From Candidatus Bathyarchaeota archaeon (GTDB taxonomy: Archaea; Thermoproteota; Bathyarchaeia; Bathyarchaeales; DTEX01), in contig CAVQNT010000002.1 in the NCBI GenBank assembly GCA_963714275.1, positions 544,001 through 608,000 of the forward strand: DNA of 64,000 bases, read 5' to 3'. The translations under genes were made by a program, and so were the position numbers. The notes beneath the pieces were generated by a model. That model was not told the DNA's origin, did not search any database, and worked only from the letters and a program-made list of their open reading frames with translations. This document shows, piece by piece, positions 1 through 10,440 of this stretch; the stretch's first letter is position 1, and the number at the start of each line of letters is the position of its first letter.

Positions 1-203
1 AAAATGGAGAAGTCAGGTTTGTGGCTGTCGGAAGTGGCGAAATAGACTACGTTGGACAGTTTAAGGCTTTAGCTGATGATGGGTACGATGGCTGCGTGTC
101 GATTGAAACCCACTACCGCATTCAAGATAACGGAGAAAAAAGCACAAGAGAATTATGCGCTGGGCTTAAAAAAATCCTAGATAATCTTGGTTTTAGAAAA
201 TAA
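1..203 (+). CDS. C-terminal part of a sugar phosphate isomerase/epimerase (xylose isomerase-like TIM barrel), truncated by the window edge
   Basis: VGSGEIDY...L...GYDG.VSIETH is the typical C-terminus of this family. Confidence 0.75.
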   Translation, partial: NGEVRFVAVGSGEIDYVGQFKALADDGYDGCVSIETHYRIQDNGEKSTRELCAGLKKILDNLGFRK

Positions 204-314
204 TTTAATATTTGAATATTTTTGTTTCTGCTTAGGCTTTGTTTTTCGTTGTGTCGTAAAAAAAACATTTACTTTTAATTCTGTTTAACACATTTAGTTA
301 CGGGTCTGGTTGAA

Positions 315-1031
315 ATGTCGGATTCTGAGTCTCTGGTGCCTTACCTTAAGGAGGACAAGGGCGAAAAGCAGCCCACCATAATCGTTGACAGCCGAGAAGC
401 TTCTGGGGCTTCCAAAATCATGAACGGCTTAAAGGAAAGGGGCGCCGTTGTTCAGGTTGAGTTCCTCGAGAAAGGCGACTACATAATCTCCGACGAGTGC
501 GCGTTTGAACGGAAAACGGTTCAGGACTTTGTTTACACTTTGACTCGGCGCTACCTTTTCGACCAGCTCTTCCTTCTAAAAGAAGCTTATCCGAAGCCCT
601 TCATCCTCATCGAAGGCTATTTGCCCGTAATTTACAAATATAGCAAAATTAATCCGTCTGCTGTGTGGGGAGCAATGTTCGCTTTGGCAAAGCAGGGCAT
701 AAACATGATTCAAACGACCAGCCACAAGGAAACAGTAGACTTCCTCTACACATCGGCGAAGCAGGAACAAATCGTGGAAAAAAGGGTGCCAGCAGTCCAT
801 GCAGTAAAAAAGATTGAGACCCTTGCTGATGCGCAAGTGTTTTTCCTAGCCAGCTTACCAAACATTGGCAGAGAAAAAGCCGTAAGCCTCCTCGAATCCT
901 ACGACACACCCTTCAACGTACTGGTGAATCTTGATCGTTGGGCGAAGGACGCTTATGGGCTGGGACCGAAAATAACTCAGAAGGTCGAAGAGGTTCTTCA
1001 CACGTCGTATTCTGAAGCCAAAAATAAGTAA
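315..1031 (+). CDS. xpf: ERCC4/XPF-family structure-specific endonuclease (short form with HhH2 domain)
   Basis: VDSRE, GDY and ERKT motifs; C-terminal LPNIG helix-hairpin-helix. Confidence 0.9.
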   Translation: MSDSESLVPYLKEDKGEKQPTIIVDSREASGASKIMNGLKERGAVVQVEFLEKGDYIISDECAFERKTVQDFVYTLTRRYLFDQLFLLKEAYPKPFILIEGYLPVIYKYSKINPSAVWGAMFALAKQGINMIQTTSHKETVDFLYTSAKQEQIVEKRVPAVHAVKKIETLADAQVFFLASLPNIGREKAVSLLESYDTPFNVLVNLDRWAKDAYGLGPKITQKVEEVLHTSYSEAKNK

Positions 1032-1059
1032 ACCATATTTTTTCCTAAATGTTCATGGC

Positions 1060-2511
1060 TTAACCTTTTATGACTGCCATTGGAACCAACCTTGCTACTC
1101 TGGTTGCGATTCCAACTGCGTCGCTGACTTCTGCGACCCTGTCCACGTTCTTGTACGCGAGGTCTGCTTCCTCAGCTAGCACCGATGCGCTGGCTGACCT
1201 GACGATGATTCCACGGTCCTCAAGAGCTTTCCGTACGTCGTTGCCCCAGAACCGTCTTTTCGCGGCTTCGCGGCTCATCATCCTTCCTGCGCCATGAGCG
1301 GTTGAACCGAACGAGACTTCCATGGATTTGGGCATTCCTACGAGAACGTATGAGCTTGTGCCCATCGAGCCAGGGATTAGAACGGGTTGTCCGACTTTCC
1401 TGTAGTCCGCTGGAACATCAGGGTGTTCAGGCGGGAAGGCTCTTGTTGCTCCTTTCCTGTGAACCCAGACTTTCGTTTGTTTGTTGCCGATGGTGTGTTC
1501 CTCGATTTTGGCAATGTTGTGGGCGACATCGTAAACGAGGTTCAAGCCAATTTTTTCAGCCGACGTTTTAAAGACCGTTTCGAAGCTTTGGCGAACCCAA
1601 TGCGTAATCATCTGGCGGTTCACGAAAGCATAATTCACCGCGCATGACATGGCCCTGAAGTAGTCCTGCCCCTCATTGCTTAGTCCAGGCGCACACGCCA
1701 GCTCACGGTCAGGCAGAGAAATCTTGTATTTGTTAACTGCCCTCTCCGTGACCTGCAGATAATCAGAGCAGATTTGGTGACCGAATCCCCTTGAGCCACA
1801 GTGAATCATAGCCGTAACTTGGTCTTCGTGGGTTAAACCGAATGCTTCTGCAACTTGCGGGTTATAGATTTTGTCGACTTTCTGGACCTCAAGGAAATGG
1901 TTTCCTGAGCCAAGCGTACCGATTTGTCCTAACCCGCGGCTTTTCGCGGTGTTGGAAACCTTGTCTGGGTCTGCTTGCTTCATGTGTCCATTTTCTTCGC
2001 AGTGTTTGACATCGTCTGGCCATCCGAACCCTTGGTCGACCATGTGGGGGACTCCTTCGGTTACGATGCGGTCGACCTCGGTACGGGACATTTTTATGTC
2101 TTTTCTGCTGCTTCCGAGCCCCGATGGAACGTTGTTGAAAATTAAGCTTGCAAGGTCCCGGAGTTTAGGCTCAACATCTTTCTCTGAAAAATTGGTTGTA
2201 AGCAGTCTTACGCCGCAGTTTATGTCGTAACCCACTCCACCGGGGCTGATGACGCCTTCTTCATAGTCTGTGGCTGCGACTCCCCCAATCGGGAACCCGT
2301 ATCCCTCGTGTCCATCAGGCAACGTTATAGAATACTTGTAAATGCCGGGCAGGTGAGCAACGTTCGCGCATTGAGACAGTGTTCTGTCGGTTTTTATCTT
2401 CGATAAAAGGTCTTCATCAGCTAACACTAGCCCTGGGACACGCATGCCAGGCTTGTAAGTTTGTGGAATACGCCATGAATACTTGTCGATTCTTTCGAGT
2501 GGAACGCTCAT
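1060..2511 (-). CDS. rtcB: RNA-splicing ligase RtcB
   Basis: PDGHEGYGFPIGG, GYDINCGVR, GSGNHF, HRKGATRA, STAHGAGR; start moved to MSVPLE at 2511. Confidence 0.97.
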   Translation of the reverse strand: MSVPLERIDKYSWRIPQTYKPGMRVPGLVLADEDLLSKIKTDRTLSQCANVAHLPGIYKYSITLPDGHEGYGFPIGGVAATDYEEGVISPGGVGYDINCGVRLLTTNFSEKDVEPKLRDLASLIFNNVPSGLGSSRKDIKMSRTEVDRIVTEGVPHMVDQGFGWPDDVKHCEENGHMKQADPDKVSNTAKSRGLGQIGTLGSGNHFLEVQKVDKIYNPQVAEAFGLTHEDQVTAMIHCGSRGFGHQICSDYLQVTERAVNKYKISLPDRELACAPGLSNEGQDYFRAMSCAVNYAFVNRQMITHWVRQSFETVFKTSAEKIGLNLVYDVAHNIAKIEEHTIGNKQTKVWVHRKGATRAFPPEHPDVPADYRKVGQPVLIPGSMGTSSYVLVGMPKSMEVSFGSTAHGAGRMMSREAAKRRFWGNDVRKALEDRGIIVRSASASVLAEEADLAYKNVDRVAEVSDAVGIATRVARLVPMAVIKG

Positions 2512-2602
2512 CGTTTTCACCTTCGAGGTAATAATGGAAAAGGGCTTGATATAAACCCTTTTTAACAATAATATTGTGAATCGCCTAAGACTCAGCATTC
2601 AG

Positions 2603-2707
2603 TCTGATTTGTTCATCATCTGATTTTGCTGTTTGAACAACAAATCGCATTGCCTAAGACCTGTCTGATTTGTGGCGCACCTGTTCTGTTGTTTTTGGGC
2701 GCAATTG
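2603..2707 (+). repeat. Dispersed intergenic repeat, locus A (two units, 61-bp period)
   Basis: TCTGATTTGT at 2603 and 2664; homologous to the reverse complements of 37260-37426 and 44836-44981. Confidence 0.85.
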
Positions 2708-2745
2708 AGCAATAATTGATTTAAGCCCTAAACTCGAACATATGT

Positions 2746-4041
2746 GTGGTGGTTTCTTTGGCTAAGGTTGCGTTCATCGGTGCTGGAAGCGTCGTTTTCG
2801 CCAGCCGACTGCTCTGCGACATCATCAGCCATCCTGAACTCCGCGAATCCACGATTTCTTTGATGGACATCAACGCTGAAAGGCTTGGGCTCATCGACAA
2901 ACTGACTCGGTTGATGGTCACGAAATACGCGCCGAAAGCAAAAGTCGAGTCTACCCTTGACCGTCGAGAGGTGTTGAGGGATGCAGACTATGTCGTCATC
3001 ATGATACAAGTTGGCGGTTTGGAAGCCTTCGAAAAAGATATCCGCATCCCGCTGAAATATGGCGTAAACCAAGAAGTCGGCGACACGCTTGGTCCCGGTG
3101 GAGTTTTCCGTGGGTTGCGGACAGTCCCAGTTCTTTTGGACATTTGCTGCGACATGGAGGACTTGTGCCCAAATGCGCTTTTGATTAATTATGCGAATCC
3201 TATGGCGATTAATTGTTGGGCGATGAACAGTGCGACAAAAATTAGAAATGTTGGATTGTGCCATAGCGTGCAGGGGACAGCGATGATACTTGCCAGCTAC
3301 ATAGATGTGCCTTTCGAGGATGTTTCTTACTGGGTTGCGGGAATCAACCATCAAGCCTTCTTCCTCGAATACAAGTACATGGGCGAAGACGCTTACCCGC
3401 TTCTTTGGGAAGATATGAAGAAAAAAGAAGTCTACGACAGAGACAAGGTCCGTTTCGAAATGATGAAGTACCTGGGCTACTTCATAACGGAGTCCAGCCA
3501 CCACCTAGGCGAGTACGTGCCGTACTTCCGAACAACGGACGAAAAACGGAAAACGTACTGCGAACCACGATGGTTCTACTTGGAAATTTGCCAGAACGCT
3601 TGGAAGTCGCATTATGAGCACATTGAAAAACAGATCAGGGGCGAGGAACCAATCGAGGTTAAACGGTCTCACGAGTACGGAGTGGATATAATCTATTCGA
3701 CGGAAACTGGAACGTCACGCCGAATAAACGGCAACGTCGAAAACACGGGCTTAATAACCAACCTTCCGAACGGAAGCTGCGTCGAAGTCCCGTGCCTTGT
3801 CGACAAGAACGGAGTCCACCCGTGCATAGTAGGCGACCTTCCGCCCCAATGTGCAGCTCTCAACAGAACAAACATTAACGTCCAAGAATTAGCCGTCAAA
3901 GCAGCCTTAGAAAAAGACCGAGCAGCAGCGTTACAGGCGGTCATGTTTGACCCGCTTACCTCAGCCCTTTTGGCTCCGAGAGAAATCGAAAAAATGGTTA
4001 ACGAGATGTTCAAAGCGGAAGCTCAATGGCTGCCTTTCTAA
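2746..4041 (+). CDS. melA: Glycoside hydrolase family 4 (NAD-dependent alpha-galactosidase/glucosidase)
   Basis: FIGAGS Rossmann motif, GDTLGPGG, NYANPM, GLCHS, AGINH. Confidence 0.9.
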   Translation: MVVSLAKVAFIGAGSVVFASRLLCDIISHPELRESTISLMDINAERLGLIDKLTRLMVTKYAPKAKVESTLDRREVLRDADYVVIMIQVGGLEAFEKDIRIPLKYGVNQEVGDTLGPGGVFRGLRTVPVLLDICCDMEDLCPNALLINYANPMAINCWAMNSATKIRNVGLCHSVQGTAMILASYIDVPFEDVSYWVAGINHQAFFLEYKYMGEDAYPLLWEDMKKKEVYDRDKVRFEMMKYLGYFITESSHHLGEYVPYFRTTDEKRKTYCEPRWFYLEICQNAWKSHYEHIEKQIRGEEPIEVKRSHEYGVDIIYSTETGTSRRINGNVENTGLITNLPNGSCVEVPCLVDKNGVHPCIVGDLPPQCAALNRTNINVQELAVKAALEKDRAAALQAVMFDPLTSALLAPREIEKMVNEMFKAEAQWLPF

Positions 4042-4159
4042 GAAACTTCCATAACTGAGCATTAAAGAGGGAAAGCGTCAATCAGGTGCTGCACTAGGTT
4101 TATACGTGGTTAGCAACTAGAATAATCACGGGTCAAACTTCATTATAGGTGATATTTAC

Positions 4160-4663
4160 ATGTGGGATAAAGTCGCAAGATGTCTTGAAGGATACCCTGA
4201 ACGCCTCGCTGTCGCAAAGATACTCATCAAAAACGGGCTGTGCGTCAAAAACGGAAACGTCTACTGCGACGAAATCATGGTTCCCACGCTGAGAATAAGC
4301 CAAGCAGCAAACGTTGATCGAAGAACCGTGACGCAAACAGTAAAGATGATACAAAAAGACGCCGAGCTAAGCGAAGTGTTCAGGAACATTAAGCCTGCCG
4401 GGACGTCGCTGCGGGAAATCGCGAGAACCCTAGGTCTAGGCGTCGTAGAGATTACGCCAGTGGACGCAAAAACGCCTGGAATCCTCGCGCAGTCCGCCTT
4501 GATTCTCGCGGAGGCAAACATAAGCATCCGCCAAGCCATAGTCGACGACCCCGAGCTCACGCCGGAGCCGAAACTCACCTTGATCGCTGAGAAGAAGATT
4601 CCAGGAGAGCTGATTCCGCGGCTTCTGAAAGTGAAGGGCGTCTCCAAAGTCTCGATTTACTGA
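4160..4663 (+). CDS. Archaeal HTH plus ACT-domain regulator of amino acid metabolism (COG2150-like)
   Basis: ISQAANVDRRTV HTH; C-terminal ACT fold PGILA...ISIRQAI.DDPEL. Confidence 0.85.
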   Translation: MWDKVARCLEGYPERLAVAKILIKNGLCVKNGNVYCDEIMVPTLRISQAANVDRRTVTQTVKMIQKDAELSEVFRNIKPAGTSLREIARTLGLGVVEITPVDAKTPGILAQSALILAEANISIRQAIVDDPELTPEPKLTLIAEKKIPGELIPRLLKVKGVSKVSIY

Positions 4664-4692
4664 AAACCCAAAGCCAAAGAGAATGAACGTTA

Positions 4693-5331
4693 TTGTTTGA
4701 TCTGGCAGCTTTGACCGCACTATCTTTTTTCGCTGCGCTTTCAGGAGCCGTTGTCCCAGGACCAGTCTTCGTGATGGTTGTCTCAGAATCGTTGAAGAAG
4801 GGCGCCAAGGCTGGACCCCTAATAGTCGTTGGGCACCTCATCATCGAAGCCCTCATAATCGTTACCATCCTTCTGGGACTGGATGCCTTGCTGAGCTCAA
4901 CCCAAGCAACCGCAATCATCAGCTACGTAGGCGGAGTAGTGTTCCTCCTGATGGGAGCATTACTTATAAACGCAGCCAGAAACGTTAAAAGTAATGTTAC
5001 CTCGGAAAGCAACACGAAGCTCGCGTCACATGGCTTGATTGTTGCTGGTTTCCTAAGCAGCGGCTCAAACCCACAATTCTTCTTCTGGTGGCTCGCAACA
5101 GGCATACCCACAATAGCAGTTGCCCTGTCTTCCGCTGGAACAGCAGGTTTCATTGCTTTCTTGGTTGGGCACGCTGCAGCTGATCTTTTGTGGTTCAGCT
5201 TCATCAGCTGGTCGGTTGAAAAAGGACGAAACTACCTCAACCAAAAAGCCATTAAGGCAATACTAGTAGGAAGCGCAGCTTTTCTTCTAATCTTTGGCTT
5301 CTATTTACTTTTTTCAGCAAGTATATTATAG
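4693..5331 (+). CDS. LysE family amino acid exporter
   Basis: PGP motif near the N-terminus, SNP...WW, about six hydrophobic segments. Confidence 0.88.
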   Translation: MFDLAALTALSFFAALSGAVVPGPVFVMVVSESLKKGAKAGPLIVVGHLIIEALIIVTILLGLDALLSSTQATAIISYVGGVVFLLMGALLINAARNVKSNVTSESNTKLASHGLIVAGFLSSGSNPQFFFWWLATGIPTIAVALSSAGTAGFIAFLVGHAAADLLWFSFISWSVEKGRNYLNQKAIKAILVGSAAFLLIFGFYLLFSASIL

Positions 5332-5439
5332 ACTATTTAACAGTTACACAACACTTTTTGCAGAAAGTTGCTTATCTTCCCAAATCTCTACATAATCACC
5401 ATTCTAGTTATCGGATTCTCTACTATTTTAAAATCAAGA

Positions 5440-5555
5440 TTATCTCTTTATGAGAACTGCTTCTTCGAGTTCTCTGAAATGTTCGTCGCCTGTGACAACC
5501 TTTCCTTTTCTTTCTCATCTCTGAGTCAATCTCGCCAGCTTTAGCTGCGATTAGC
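5440..5555 (-). pseudogene. Remnant of a PIN-domain (VapC-like) toxin gene with an internal deletion
   Basis: Manual translation: IAAKAGEIDSEMRKKRKG then, in another frame, KVVTGDEHFRELEEAVLIKR*; the intervening ADA-containing helix is missing. Confidence 0.5.
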
Positions 5556-5632
5556 TAGCTGAGCTTCACGTTCTACAAAACACTTTTAGCGGAGAGTCGC
5601 CTTATCTTTTCCGTTTTGAGGTTACGTAGTCC

Positions 5633-8523
5633 TTGTCAAACGAGCAATCTGGGCGAGAAAACGTTTTCGACATGCTTGTTCGTCCCGTACGCAAGTTGCT
5701 TGAAGAAAAAGAATTCCAGACTCCAACTGAGCCTCAACAGAAAGTGATCCCGAAGATTCTTGAAGGAAAGAACGTCCTTCTTATTTCGCCCACCGCTACC
5801 GGAAAAACGGAGGCTGCGATGCTTCCGATTCTTAGCCAGCTCGTCCAGACTCCTCGAACTGAACTGGGAATCAAGGTTCTCTACATCACGCCCTTACGTG
5901 CTTTGAACCGCGACATGCTGGAAAGGCTGGAATGGTGGTGCAACAAACTGGACCTGAAACTGGCGGTTAGGCACGGAGACACCGACACAAGGGAAAGGAT
6001 GCGGCAGTCCCGAAGCCCACCAGACATTCTGATCACCACGCCTGAGACGCTGCAGGCGCTTCTTTTCGGATGGGTCATAAGCCGTCACCTCCAGTCGATC
6101 AGGTGGGTCGTGATTGACGAAGTCCACGAGATGGCTGACAACAAACGCGGAAGCCAGCTTGCCCTAGCGCTTGAAAGACTACGCGAAGCGACGCTGCACG
6201 AGTTCCAGATGATCGGGTTGTCCGCAACAATCGGAACTCCTGAGAAGGTTGCCCAGTTCCTCGTCGGCACCAACAGGCCAGTTGAAATCGTGAGGGTTCC
6301 AGTGGCCCGTTTAATGAAGCTGCAGATTGTTTACCCAGAGCCTCAAACTGAAGACTTTGCTTTGGCTTCGACGCTTTACACGCATCCAGAGGTCGCAGCA
6401 AGGCTTCGGGTCATACGCAAATTCATCGAGGCGCACAATTCGGTTCTGCTTTTCACGAACACGAGGACAATTTCGGAGGTTTTAACCAGCAGGTTCAAAG
6501 TGTGGGACATGAACTTTCCCGTTTCCATCCACCACGGGTCCCTGGCTAAGCCTTCACGCGTCGCTGCTGAACGGGGCTTGAAACAGGGTGACCTTAAGGG
6601 ACTAATCTGCACGAGTTCCTTGGAGTGAGGGATCGACGTGGGCAGAATCGACCTCGTCATTCAGTACATGAGCCCGCGGCAGGTCACGCGGCTGATACAG
6701 CGTGTTGGAAGAAGCGGGCACAGGGTCGGGCGAATGGCGAACGGAATCATCATCACCATGGACTCGGATGACACGTTAGAAGCGATGGTTATCGGCAGAA
6801 GAACATACTCTGAGGAGCTGGAACCCGTGGACATCCCCGAAAAACCGTACGATGCGCTGGCAAACCAGATCGCGGGACGATTGATGAAAAGCAGACGAAT
6901 CTACTTCCAAGAACTGTACGAAATGTTCAGGAAAGCCTACCCCTACCGCGACCTAACAATCGACGACATCCAACACGTCGCGGAATACATGCACAACAGG
7001 TTCCCAAGGTTCGCATGGGTCGTTCCTGAGGATAAGCTGATCATCAAACCGCGACAGTCGAAACCGCTTTACGAGTATTTTTTCGAGAACCTTTCAATGA
7101 TTCCCGACGAGAAACATTACCTCGTCATCGACCAGCAGACAGACTCAGCCATCGGAATGCTGGACGAAGCCTTCGTAGCGGAATACGGAAAACCTGGGAC
7201 CAAGTTCATAATTCGCGGAAGCCCATGGAAAATCCTGAATGTTCTATCTGACAAAATCTACGTTAACGCTGTCGACGACCCAACGGGCTCAATCCCAAGC
7301 TGGGTCGGCGAAGAAATCCCCGTGCCCTACGAGGTTGCGCAGGAAGTTGGTTCCATCCGTGGATTCGTGGAAGAAAAAATCCAAAGCGGAAAGGCTCTTC
7401 CAGAAGTCGCGGCTGAATTAGCCAAAAAGTACCCGGCTGACGAGCGAACGGTCCTTGCCGCACTTAAGGAAACAGTTGAAAGCGTCCAGAAAGGGTTCAA
7501 GGTTCCAACGGACAAGCGGGTAACCTTTGAAGATTGGGAAGACTTCATCATTCTCCAGGCGAACTTCGGCTCTTTAGCGAACCGGGCTTTTGCTCTGCTT
7601 TTGGGCGATATCCTTTCGGAGCGGACTGGGGTTTCGGTGGTTGTTCAGCATGACCCTTACAGGATTTTTATTCAAACGATGGGCGAGGTGGAGCTCTTCG
7701 ACGATCATGAGGACAATTGATGAGATGAAAAACGCTTCGCCAGAGTTTATTAAAGACACGCTTACAAGAGGATGCGTGAAGACGGGAATTTTTAAGAGAC
7801 GCATGATTCATGTGGCTAGACGTTTCGGTGCCCTGAAAAAGTATGTTGACTTCAGTAACGTGAGCTTGCGGAGCCTCAGTCAAGAGCTTCGAAAGTACAA
7901 TCATCTATGAAGAAGCCCTCAAAGAAGTCTTCGCCAAAGACTTGGACCCTGACAGACTAGTTGAGGTGTTCCGAAGAATAAAAACAGGCGAAATCGAGCT
8001 GGTAAAAATAGAAGCAAAAAACGAGCCTTCGCCTGTTGCCCGCGTAGGAATCGAAAGGGTCAGCATGAAAACCGACCTTATACCGCCGGAGAAGATGAGG
8101 CGCATTCTCTTGGAAGCAGCGAAAGCGAGGCTTCTGGACGAGGTGCGAACCTTCGTCTGCACAAACTGCTGGAACTACGCAGAAATGCTGACGATGAAGG
8201 ATTTACCTGAAAAGCCAGCCTGCCCTAAATGCGACTCTGTGAACCTAGGTTTGCTGTCGGTTCCAGAGGAAGAGGCTTTCAGCTTGATCGACAAGAAGGG
8301 CGAAAATCTCACACAACGTGAACACAAGCTCAAGAACCGCGCTTTAGCGACGGCTAAGTTGGTTATGAACTACGGGAAACCTGCGGCTGTCGCGTTTTCG
8401 GCGAGAAGGCTGAATGTGGACGACGTGCAGGAGATTCTGAAGAAACAGAAAACGCTTTCGGACGAGTTTTTTGATCTCGTCATCGATGCGGAAAGGAACG
8501 CGTTGAAAAGAAAATTCCTCTAG
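5633..8523 (+). CDS. lhr: Lhr-family DEAH-box helicase with C-terminal Zn finger; split by an in-frame TGA (6626) and two frameshifts (about 7692 and 7880), probably sequencing errors
   Basis: PTATGKT, DEVHE, SAT, TSSLE*GIDVG, QRVGRSGH, PSWVGE, CTNC...CPKC across four consecutive ORFs. Confidence 0.92.
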
Positions 8524-8792
8524 GAAAACAGTAATACCGTAATGGCTGAATATTATCTTCTTTTTTTGTCTTCTCTCGGTTTTAGGATGCTGTCGAACCA
8601 TTCAAGGTCCTGTTGAAGGTCGTCTTAAGCAGCTTTGCCCTTTTCCTCTATCCCTAGCTGAGCTGCTAGTTAGATTGTGGCAACAATGTTTTTATGGTAT
8701 TAAAATTCCTGAATATTTATACGAAAGTACAGAAAAAGCATAAAACAAAAATAACGGTTTGTTTATGATAGACCGAACGCAGGGAAGTCTGA

Positions 8793-9266
8793 ATGTACAT
8801 ATCTCCGTTTGTCGCTTCGCCGCCTCTGGTCATTCGGAGGTTGTTGATGCTTGCTGAGTGAAAGTCAGGCGAAACCTTTTTCGACCTTGGCGCAGGCGAC
8901 GGACGCCCCGTTATCATGGCTGCACAGGAGTTCGGCGCAATGGCTGTGGGCATTGAATTAAGGCAGGACTTGGCGAAGCAGGCTTTGCAGAGGATTCATG
9001 AGCTTGGCCTTCAGGACAAGGTGACGATAATGAACAGCGACGTTTTTGGCGTTGACCTTAGGCGGGCTGACGTTGTCTATCTCTATCTGACGACAAGCGC
9101 AAACGAAAAGGTTAGACCGAAGCTGGAAACCGAGCTGAAAAGTGGCGCAAGAGTGGTCTCGCACGACTACGAGATTGTAAGTTGGATGGCGACCAAGGTT
9201 GAACGCTTTTGCGAAAACCTAAGCCTAGGTTTCCCAACCCACACGCTGTATCTTTACAAAAGATAA
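8793..9266 (+). CDS. Class I SAM-dependent methyltransferase, with an in-frame TGA at 8859
   Basis: MYISPFVASP...LAE*KSGETFFDLGAGDGR continues in frame into ORF 8916-9266 (VYLYL, ARVVSHDY). Confidence 0.85.
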
Positions 9267-9366
9267 ACTTGTGAAATCTCCCACCTCCTATAATTGTGAG
9301 AAACCTTTGAACTTCTATCATTTAAAAAATAGTTTTATACAGCAGTCATCAATTTCATTGGGTTTG

Positions 9367-9455
9367 TCTGGACTGATTTGTGTGACATCAGGATTTTCCG
9401 TTTGTGTGACAATACTGGAGCTTATGAAAACTGAACCATTTCAAAGCACGTTTAT
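9367..9455 (+). repeat. Dispersed intergenic repeat, locus B
   Basis: TTTGTGTGACA twice, 24 bp apart, then ATACTGGAGCTTATGAAAACTGAACCATTTCAAAG, nearly identical to 55862-55950. Confidence 0.85.
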
Positions 9456-9645
9456 CCTGTTTTTTCAGAGCATTTTTATGTTGGTTTGTGTTGGTTTCTG
9501 GGCTTTACGGAATCTATTTCATGTAGAATATAATACAGCGAAATTTTGTGGCTTAACTGTCTATGACTTTTAGCATTCAAGTCAAAGTTTATTAGGCGTT
9601 GTTTGAAGATTTTTTACCCAATTGATGCTGAAGACAGATGGTTGA

Positions 9646-10173
9646 ATGCCGATGATGCCTGTTCCTTGGACAAACGTTAATTCTTGGCGATGCACAGGCT
9701 GCGGAATCTGCTGCAATAGATTCGAGGTTGTCCTAAAATTCAACGAGTGGCTCAAGCTGGTTCAAACCTACGGAGCGGGCGTCACGAACGCGGGGCTAAG
9801 CAAGTTCTACCTAGGCAAACGGGCTGATGGTTCATGCGTCTTTCTCACAGCGTCAACCAACGCGTGCCTCTGCGGCTTACAGAACATGAAGCCCTTAGCC
9901 TGCAAGCTCTGGCCATTCAAGATTTCGGACACCCCAAGATACGGCGAAGCTCGCGAGGCGGCTTTCGACTATCAAGGACGCAGGTTATACGTCTACATCG
10001 ACCCGTTCTGCCCCGAGATTCTGTACGGAAAACCCTCAGCCACAATGATGCATAGAGTCATCCCCGAATTCATAGAAATAGCCCTAGGCCTAAGGGAAAA
10101 ACAGTTCTACTCAACAGCGACTCCACTATACGACCTGTACCCAAAAACGAGATGGAATCACAGGCTAATATGA
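9646..10173 (+). CDS. YkgJ/CxxCxxCC cysteine-cluster protein
   Basis: CTGCGICC, CVFL, C...KPLACKLWPF. Confidence 0.85.
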   Translation: MPMMPVPWTNVNSWRCTGCGICCNRFEVVLKFNEWLKLVQTYGAGVTNAGLSKFYLGKRADGSCVFLTASTNACLCGLQNMKPLACKLWPFKISDTPRYGEAREAAFDYQGRRLYVYIDPFCPEILYGKPSATMMHRVIPEFIEIALGLREKQFYSTATPLYDLYPKTRWNHRLI

Positions 10174-10299
10174 AAATAAAAACTATCAACAAACCATCCG
10201 TTACATATATATTTTCTCAGTTTCCCAAAGATTTTATATGAGGAACTGCTAAAACTACGTGAACAGGTTAAAGCCCCAAAAAACGACTTTACCAACAAA

Positions 10300-10377
10300 G
10301 GGCCGGTCGTCTAGCCTGGTTAGGACGCCTGCCTGACACGCAGGAGGTCGCCAGTTCAAGTCTGGCCCGGCCCACCA
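10300..10377 (+). tRNA. tRNA-Val (GAC)
   Basis: Acceptor stem GGGCCGG/CCGGCCC-A-CCA; anticodon arm CCTGC-CTGACAC-GCAGG; T-loop TTCAAGT. Confidence 0.97.
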
Positions 10378-10440
10378 TCATGAAAAAATATTTTTTTGAA
10401 AAAAGGTAAAATGTTTTATATATTGTAGGTTGGGAGGTTT

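Noticed and set aside
2603-2707. Dispersed repeats as CRISPR repeats or integron attC sites
   Set aside because: Sequences between boxes are homologous across loci rather than unique spacers, and there is no attC-like long inverted repeat or IntI-type integrase.
6626-8861. In-frame TGA codons in lhr and the methyltransferase as selenocysteine or stop-codon reassignment
   Set aside because: Both fall at expected Leu positions, not Cys, Trp or Gly; both follow GAG (reconstructable as GAG-CTN, i.e. AGCT); TGA ends many genes normally in this window.
9271-9573. 100-aa ORF over repeat locus B
   Set aside because: The homologous locus E does not keep a comparable ORF, so it is probably non-coding.
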